Part shown: in pieces, positions 9,586-17,400 of the stretch
Layout: the number at the start of each line of letters is the position of its first letter
Numbering within the stretch: the first letter of the stretch is position 1
Assembly (NCBI GenBank): GCA_009924545.1
Contig: RFRL01000003.1
Location: 1 to 46,501, forward strand
Reading direction: 5' to 3'
Source of the DNA: Planctomycetia bacterium
GTDB taxonomy: Bacteria; Planctomycetota; Planctomycetia; Pirellulales; UBA1268
DNA: 46,501 nucleotides
Notes under the pieces: generated by a model
Databases searched by the model: none
Seen by the model: the letters and a program-made list of their open reading frames with translations, nothing else
What the model was told of the DNA's origin: nothing
Translations under genes and position numbers: made by a program

Positions 9586-10956
9586 TCAAGGCGGGCTGTC
9601 CGGAGGTACGGTTGTAGCGATGGTGGCGGCGATGTCGGCGATGGCGTCGCGTAGCTGGGTGGCGAGGGACGCGGCGGCCCCACGGCCGAGGCTGTGCTCG
9701 TCGGCCATCACCGACAACCGCAGCTCGCCGGCGTAGGTCATCACCCCCACTGCCGCCCGGGTCCGGGGCCGCAGCGGGGGCACGCCAACCAGCGCCGTCA
9801 GGCGGACGTCGCGGGGGGCATCGCAGCCGTCCACCCTCGGCACGTCGGCCCGCATCCGTGCGCCGACGTTGCCGACGTTGCTCACGACGGCCGACGAGAG
9901 GCAGGCGGGCAACCGGGTCAGCAACCAGAGCAGGCCCGGCACACGCTGCAAGGCTTCCACGGCGTGGAGAAACTGTGCCGCCGCCCCGGTGTCCTGGATC
10001 CAACGACTGGCGGCGGCGAGCGACCGGACCAGTTCCACCGGTTCCCCGCAGTCGGCCACTGATCGATCGAGGAACGCATAGCCGACGTGATTGCCGGCGG
10101 GGAGACGGGCCCCGGCCGGCCGCAGGCTCACCGGCATGTTGATGCGGACATGCCGTGGGCGCTGACCGGCGGCGGCGTTCCACCCCAGTACCGTCCGCAT
10201 CGCGGCGGCCACCACGACATCGTTGACGGTGACGCCGCTTGCGGCGGCGGTGGTCCACAGCCGGCGCGTGGCGTGGCGATCGAACTCGACCGTGTCGTAC
10301 GGGGGCCGCAGCCCCGCCGCCGTAGCGGGGCGGAGCCGGTTCGGGAGCGGGGCCAGGACCGTGGGCCGGAGAAGCGCGAAGGTACTCGAATCGCGGGCCA
10401 ACCGCGTGCTACCGGCCACGGGGGGCGACGGCGCGATCGGCTGCGCCGCCGTCGAGCCTGCGGGATCCTCATCGCGTGCTCCGCGCGGACCCGGGTCGCG
10501 GAACCGGGCGGGGCGGCCTCCGTGGTAGAGCGTCCACATGTCGCCGAGCCATTCGATACCGGCCAGGCCATCGCACACCGCGTGATCGACAACGAGGACG
10601 ACACTCCAGCACGCCGGTCCCGGCCGCGGCCGTTCGCGTTCCAGGGCCACCACCCGGATCCCGCTTTCCGTGGTGAGCGAAAACGCCCGCCAGGGGTCGG
10701 CGGCGGATCGGTCGCGGTCGAGAGGCCACCATTCCACGACCGGGGAGCGGTCGGGGGGGAGCCAGACCCGGCGCCCGGACCGGCGGCCGAGGCGCATCCG
10801 GGTGCGCGGGTGGCGCTCCGCAGCCGCGGCCACGGCCGTCTCGAGGCGTCCCCGGTCGAGCGGCCCTTCGAGACGTACCTCGACGAAAAAAGCCATCGGG
10901 AACCCGGGCCGCCGGTCGGTGACGGCCAGTGTCTCGAAGGCGGACAGCGGGGCCAT
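9586..10956 (-). CDS. Stand-alone condensation-fold (CAT-like) acyltransferase, PapA5/WS-DGAT/NRPS-C-like
   Basis: HxxxDG motif (VVDHAVCDGLAG), LEGPLDRGRL..A..A...HP, GVTVNDVVVAA, MPVSLRP, AVVSNVG; start ATG 10956 chosen within the 9586..11577 ORF. Confidence 0.8.
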   Translation of the reverse strand: MAPLSAFETLAVTDRRPGFPMAFFVEVRLEGPLDRGRLETAVAAAAERHPRTRMRLGRRSGRRVWLPPDRSPVVEWWPLDRDRSAADPWRAFSLTTESGIRVVALERERPRPGPACWSVVLVVDHAVCDGLAGIEWLGDMWTLYHGGRPARFRDPGPRGARDEDPAGSTAAQPIAPSPPVAGSTRLARDSSTFALLRPTVLAPLPNRLRPATAAGLRPPYDTVEFDRHATRRLWTTAAASGVTVNDVVVAAAMRTVLGWNAAAGQRPRHVRINMPVSLRPAGARLPAGNHVGYAFLDRSVADCGEPVELVRSLAAASRWIQDTGAAAQFLHAVEALQRVPGLLWLLTRLPACLSSAVVSNVGNVGARMRADVPRVDGCDAPRDVRLTALVGVPPLRPRTRAAVGVMTYAGELRLSVMADEHSLGRGAAASLATQLRDAIADIAATIATTVPPDSPP

Positions 10957-11083
10957 CGGGTGCCTCGTGGGGTGCACGGACTTCCCCGCCAAAAGCCGGG
11001 TGCGAAGGGGGCGGTGGGATTGTCCGCAGCGGATGCAACGGTCGAAAGGGGGTGGGGGCCGCGCCCATGATTCCTGGCCTTTC

Positions 11084-11111
11084 TTGACACTCAACCCCGC
11101 CAATCCATACT
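11084..11111 (+). promoter_or_regulatory. Putative sigma70-type promoter for the PKS operon
   Basis: Perfect TTGACA (11084-11089), 16-nt spacer, CATACT (11106-11111) in a locally AT-richer stretch of the divergent intergenic region. Confidence 0.5.
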
Positions 11112-11178
11112 CAATCCTGCGTCGGTACCGGCATCCAGGGCCGGGCCCACCGGGGCTGCCCGGGGGGGTGGCCGCCGC

Positions 11179-11207
11179 GGGCGGCCCGGGGCCGCTCCAT
11201 TTTTTTT
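11179..11207 (+). terminator. Intrinsic-terminator-like hairpin inside the PKS 5' leader
   Basis: GCGGCC-CGG-GGCCGC stem-loop (11181-11195, extendable by G-U/G-C pairs) followed by T8 (11200-11207). Confidence 0.45.
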
Positions 11208-11410
11208 CGCGATCGAGGCCGGCGCGGTTCCCCGCGGTGGCCCTGAGCGGCAATGCCCCCGTCCGATTCGGTGGAGGGTGTGTTGTGCGGGCCCCAGGGA
11301 TGGGCGTGAGTCGCCTTGGAGGCACGACCCCCTTTTCCCATCGACAGCCCGTTTCCGCCGGCGGCCGCGCCGGCCAACGCACTTTCCCTCGCTCGTGGTC
11401 CGGTCCGCCG

Positions 11411-11428
11411 GTGCCACGATCGTGGCAC
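11411..11428. promoter_or_regulatory. Perfect 18-bp palindrome, candidate operator
   Basis: GTGCCACGATCGTGGCAC equals its own reverse complement and ends 28 nt upstream of the probable PKS start. Confidence 0.45.
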
Positions 11429-11456
11429 AGCCAACCGCCAAGGACGAGGATCAGCC

Positions 11457-14400
11457 TTGCAGGAACCACTCGCAATCGTCGGCATGTCCTGCAGACTGCC
11501 GGGTGCCGACGGTCTGGATGCGTTTTGGCGGCTCGTGGAGTCGGGGGGCACCGCCTGGGGGCCGCTTCCGGAATCACGTCTGCCCCGCGATCTTTACTTC
11601 GACCCGCACAAAGGCCGGCTCGGTCGCTCCTATTCGGAGATGGGGGCCGTCGTTTCCGACCGCGACCCCGACCCGCTCACCTGTCCGCTGACGGCGGAGA
11701 TGCGGCAGCGATACGACATCGCCCACCTCGTGTTCCTCGAGGTGGCCTCGCAGGCCTGCCGCGACGCCGGCCTCGATCCGTTCGCCATGCCCGGTGGGCG
11801 GCGCACCGGCGTGTACGTCGGCCACACCGGCGGCAGCACCCGGATCGGTGACCTCGTGTACGCGACGGGCATCGACGAGAACGCGGCCCTGCTGGAGGAC
11901 GTCGAGGTGGCCCGTCGGCTCCTCGGCGCGGAGGTCGCCGCGGTCGCCGCCGAAGTCGCCACATCGGTCCGTGATCGATATCCGGGCCGGCGTCCGGGAG
12001 AGCGACTCGATCTCAACGCCCTCGGCGCCGCCCGCATCGTCCAGGAAGCGCTGCGCCTCGACGGCCCGTATCTCGTGGTCGACGCGGCGTGCGCGTCGTC
12101 CCTCCAGGCCCTGGCGATCGCCGCCCGGGCGTTGGCGGAAGGTGGCATCGATCAGGCGATCGTCGGGGGGGCGTCGTACTGCAAGTCCGACAGCCTCGTG
12201 CTGTTCTCGGCGGCACAGTCGGTGAGCAACACCGGCTCGTGTCCGTTCGGCCGTGACGCCGACGGGCTCGTGACTGCCGAGGGCTACGTGGCCCTCGTCG
12301 TCAAGACGCTCTCGCGGGCCCGCGCCGACGGCGACCGGATCCGCGCCGTGATCCGCGCGATCGGCGTGGCCAGCGACGGGAAAGGGAAGAGCCTGTGGGC
12401 CCCGCGGCGCGAAGGGCAGATGCTCGCCGTGGAGCGGGCCTACCCCGATCCCGCCGACATCGCCCGCATCGACTACATCGAGGCCCATGCGACCAGCACG
12501 CAGGTGGGCGATGCCACCGAACTGGGGGCACTGGCCGGACTCCTCGGCCGGCACCTTCCCGCCGGCCGACGCATCCCCATCGGCAGTGTGAAGGCCAACA
12601 TCGGCCACACGCTGGAGACGGCGGGGTTGGCGAGCCTCGTCAAGGTCGTCCTGGCGATGGAGCACGGCGTCATCCCACCGGGTTCCACCTGCGACGAGCT
12701 CAACGAGGAGTTTCCCTGGGACAACGGGCCTTTCATCGTGCCGCGCACGGCGCTGCCGTGGCCGCACCGGGCCGACGGCGGTCCGCGGTTTGCCGCGGTC
12801 AACGCCTTCGGCATCGGCGGGCTCAACGTCCACCTGTCGCTGGCGCAATCGGCCGATCCCCCCGTCGTACCGGCGCGACGCCCCACGGCGCCCGACGACT
12901 CCGCCATCGCCATCGTCGGTGTCGGCTGCGTGCTCCCCGGGAGCCTGTCGGCGGCGGCGTTCGGCGATGTGCTCGACCGCGGCACACCGGTGTTCGTCGA
13001 GGTGCCGGCGGAGCGCTGGAGCCTGCGCCGGGCCCTCGACCGCTCCGCGGCGCGCACGTGGCGGACGGTGGCGGGGCTGGGTGGCTTCGTTGTCGGGTTC
13101 CACTACGACTGGCGTCGGCACAAGGTACCCCCCAAGCAGATCGCCGCGGCCAATCCGCTGCAATTCATGCTCCTCGAGGCTGCCGACGCCGCGATCGCCG
13201 ACCTCGGTGGGCCGGCACGGCTCGACCGGACCCGAACCGGCGTCGTGGTCGGGACGATGTTCGGGGGTGAGTTTTCCAACGACCTGCAGATGGGGCTGCG
13301 CTTGCCCGAGACCGCGGTCCACCTGCGCACCGCCCTCCGCCGGCGGGGGCTCGAGCCCGGGCAGGTCGACACCGTCAGCGCCGCCTTCGACAAGAAGGTG
13401 CTCGAGGAGATGCCGGCGCTGGTCGATGAGACCGGCAGTTTCACCAGCAGCACGCTCGCCAGCCGACTCACCAAGTCGTTCGACCTGATGGGCGGGGCGC
13501 TGGCGCTCGACGCCGGCGACTGCTCGGCCCTGTCGGCGATCGCCGCCGCCGTCGACATGCTCCGGCAGGGGAATTGCGACGCGGTGCTCTGTGCCGCGGG
13601 ACAGCGGGCGATGGACCTGATGGCCTTCGAGGGGATGTCGCTGGAAGGGTCGCTCGCGTCCGCACCGCGGGCCCCGTTCGATGCCGCGCACTCCGGCCGC
13701 CTGCCGGCCGAGGGGGCGGTGGTGCTGGTGCTCAAGCCCCTCGTCGCGGCCCGCGCCGCCGGCGATCCGGTCCGGGGAGTCATCCGCGGGATCCGCATCG
13801 GGTCGGGGGACGCGGTGGCACCGGTTGCCCGGCGGGTCATCCACGAGGCGACCGAAGAGGCCGGCGTGCCGGTCTCGGCAGTCGGAGTGCTGGAACTGGC
13901 CGGCGCTGGTGCGGCAGCGATCGACAACGCGCTCGTCGCAGGGGTGGCGACGGAGTATGCAGCCGGTGCCGGGGCCAGGGCTGCCGGGTCACTCGATACC
14001 CTCATCGGCCACTGCGGAGCGGCCGCCGGCGCCGCCGGAATCCTCAAGGTGTCGCGGGCCCTGTCCAGCGGCATCCTGCCCGCCACTCCGGGCGTGGCGG
14101 AGGGCACGAGCGTCGCCCCGGGAATCATCGCGTCCCCACGCCCCTGGCCGATTCCGGCGGCGGACGAGGTCGGGTACCGTGCTGGTGCGGTGACCACCGC
14201 CCACGGGCCGCTCGTCGGCCACCTCGTGATGGACAACGGCCTCCCGGTGCCGCAGTCCGCCGTTCGGCCAGCCACGCCGGCGCCAGCGCCCGCCCAGCCT
14301 TTGGTGGCGGCGCCGGTGCTGACGGCCGGCGTCACGACGCGTGCTGAAACCGCGCCGGCCATCGGGCCGGCCGCCGGTGTCCGACCCCTCGTGGCCGCGA

Positions 14401-17400
14401 TCTTCCCGGGGCAGGGGTCGCAGTACGGCGACATGTTCCGCGGTCTGGTGGCCGAGTCGCCGGTGGCCGCCGAGGTGGCCGCCGGTCTCGACACGCTGGC
14501 GAGCAGCGTGGGTCAGCCGACGCTGGCGGAAACCGCCTGGCGCACCGACCATGCCCTGGGTCTGCGTGTGTGGGACACCCAATGGTCGATGTACCTCGGC
14601 GACCTGTTCGCCTGGCGGATGCTCGAACGCATGGGCTTCGCCCCCGACATCGTCGCCAGCCACAGTTTCGGCGAGTTCCCGGCGCTTGCCGCGACTGGGG
14701 CGTGGCGCCCGGAAGACGGCGCCCGCGCCACGCGTGCCCGGGCCGATGCGGTTGAGCAGGAGGGGCCGCGCGGTGGGGCGATGCTCTCGGTCATTGGTGA
14801 CGTGGCGCGCGTCCGCGAGTTGGTGGCGCCGCTCGCCGGCGCGGTGTGGATCTGTGCCGAGAACTCCCCCGAGCAGCTCGTCGTCGGCGGTACGGTCGCC
14901 GGTGTGGACATGGTGGAACGGGCGCTGGAGCCGCTGCGACTCCGCTCCAAGCGATTGGCGGTGCCGAGCCCGTTCCACACCCCGTTGCTCGCCGCCGCGG
15001 CCGATCGTCTTGCCGGCGTGCTCGCCGGCCTGCCGATGGCCGCGCCACGTCTGCCGATCATCAGCAGCACCACCGTGGAGGCGCTGGTCGATGCCGCGTC
15101 GATCCGCGCGAGCCTCGTCCGGCAGATGACCGAACGCGTACGCTGGGTCGACGTCGTCCGGCAGCTCCATGCCCGGGGCGTACGGACGTTCGTGGAGGTC
15201 GGTCCGTCGGGCGTGCTCACCGGCCTGGTGCGCCGGATCCTCGACGGACTGCCCGGCGTGACACTCGTCCAGTTCGACCAGCGCGGTCAAGCGGCGGCCG
15301 AGCAGTGGGCCCGGTTGCGGAGTCAGTTGGCGGCTGCCGGCGCGCTGCGGGGGGGTGCCGCGGCGCCAGTCGTGCCGGCCCGGGACGTCGGGGCGCCGCC
15401 GTCTCCTGTCCTGCATTTCGACGCGACCGGCCGGCGCCGGGCGCGGAACCGTGCCGGTGGCCAAGCGGCGCTTGTCACGGGAACGGGAGCCCGGCCGCAG
15501 CCGGTGGGGACCCCGGCGGCGGCCCAGCCCGCTGCCGGGCCCACGGAGCGGCCGCCGCACGGCGAGCCCGTCTCCGTGGTGCCGGCGGTGGGCCACGTCC
15601 AGCCGGGCAACGGAATGAATGGCCATCACGGTTACGGTCGGAACGGATCGCACGACGGTGGTGATGGCTCCACCGCCTCGCCCGCTCCTGCCACGCCCCT
15701 CCTTTCGTCGGGGTACGCGGCGGCCGTCGGCGCGGTGCCTCATGGCAACGGATCGGGTCATGGCCCGGGGACTGGCAAGGGTCACGGCGTGAATGGCAGC
15801 GGCCAGGTCGCCATCGACGCCACCCCGCTCGCCGCGGCGGCACGGCTGCGGACGGCTTTCGGCAGTGAACGACCGCTGATGCAGCCGGTGGGGGGGCTCG
15901 AGCAGATCGTCGCCGCACTGCTGACGGAGCACGCCGCCTGGTTGCCACTGCGGAGTGCCGGGCCCGCCGGGCGCGACGTGCTCGATGCGATCGAACACCT
16001 CTTCGAGGCGCTACCGCGGCAGCGTGATGCCGTCCTCGCCGCCGCCACGCTCGATGAACTTTGCCGCTTGCTGGCGGCCAGCGGCGGCAAAGCCGACTGG
16101 GTGCACAGCGTTGCGGCGGCCCCGCCGCCCGCGTCCGCCCCGGCCGAGACCACTGGTAGCGCGGCGGCGGAGCTGGAATCGTTCGTGGTCGGGTTCGTGG
16201 TCGAGCAGACGGGGTATCCGCGGGAGATCGTGGAACTGGATGCCGACCTGGAGGGTGACCTGGGGATCGACAGCATCCGCAAGGCACAGCTCTTCGGCGA
16301 GATCGGCCAGCGCTACGGCATGAGTGCCGACGCGAGCGTGTCGCTCGACGACTTCCGGACGCTGCGCCACCTGCTCGATTACATGCTGCCGCGCGTCGGT
16401 GGTGGGGCGGCGCCCGGTGCGGCGGCTGTGCCGCCCGTGGCGGAGCCGGCACCGAGTCCGGCGTTTCTCCGCGGTCGCGCCGCAGGGCAGCGGCACGAGA
16501 CCGCGATCCGGCGCTGGTGCCGCGATCTGGTGGCGGCCGGTCATGCCGGCGGTCGGGTTTCCGCGATCGACGCCGAGCACGCCGCCTTCCTGGCGGGTGT
16601 CGCCGACGCGGTCGGGATCGACCGCAGCGTGCTCGAGGCCGGCATGGCGGCCCCGGCGCGGGCCCTGGGCGGCCTCGACATCGTCGTCGACCTCTCCGGT
16701 GATGATTTTCCCGGCATCCTTCTCGGCTTCGGCCGGCACGCGGAACCGGTCGTGCGCGAAGCGGCCGGCGGGGCGACCCTCCTCGCCGTGGCCGGTCTCC
16801 CCGATGCGGTGGCCGCGTGGAATGCAGCGGGGATCGTGGCACTGCTCACGTCGACTGCGGGGGCCGTTGCCGCCGCAGCCCTGCCGCGCCTGGTGGAGAG
16901 CTGCAGGTCCCTGGCCGATGTCGATGCCGCTGGACCGTGGCCCGAGGGTGTCGTCGTGATCAGCCTCACAGACACCGTTCTCCTGGCGACCGATGGCTCG
17001 GGACGACTCCAGCCGGCGCCGCGCTGCCGGCGCGAGGCGACCCCTGGGTCGGCCGTCACGCGGATCCTCCTGGCGGCGGCTCCTGACCGGCCCCTGTCGG
17101 CATTGTTCACCGACGCGGCGGGCGGTCTCCCCGCCGCCCTCTCTGCTGCCGCCACGTGGCTGGCCGTCGGCGGTGGGGCCGGTGGCCCACGGTCACTCGC
17201 CGGAGGTCCCCTCGGCGCGGGGGATCTCGTCACCGCGGCGGCGTCTCTGGCCCGGGTCCTCGCCGATCATCCACTGCCGCACGGGCCGGTTCCGCAGGAC
17301 GTCGCACGGCAAGCGGCACCGCGGCCGGTGACCGCCGGTGACGCCGGCATCACCCGGCGCTTCGGTCTGACCGTTCGTGACGTGGCCCCGACCGGGGGCT

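Noticed and set aside
11423-11440. Sigma54 promoter at TGGCAC
   Set aside because: No TTGC at the required -12 spacing.
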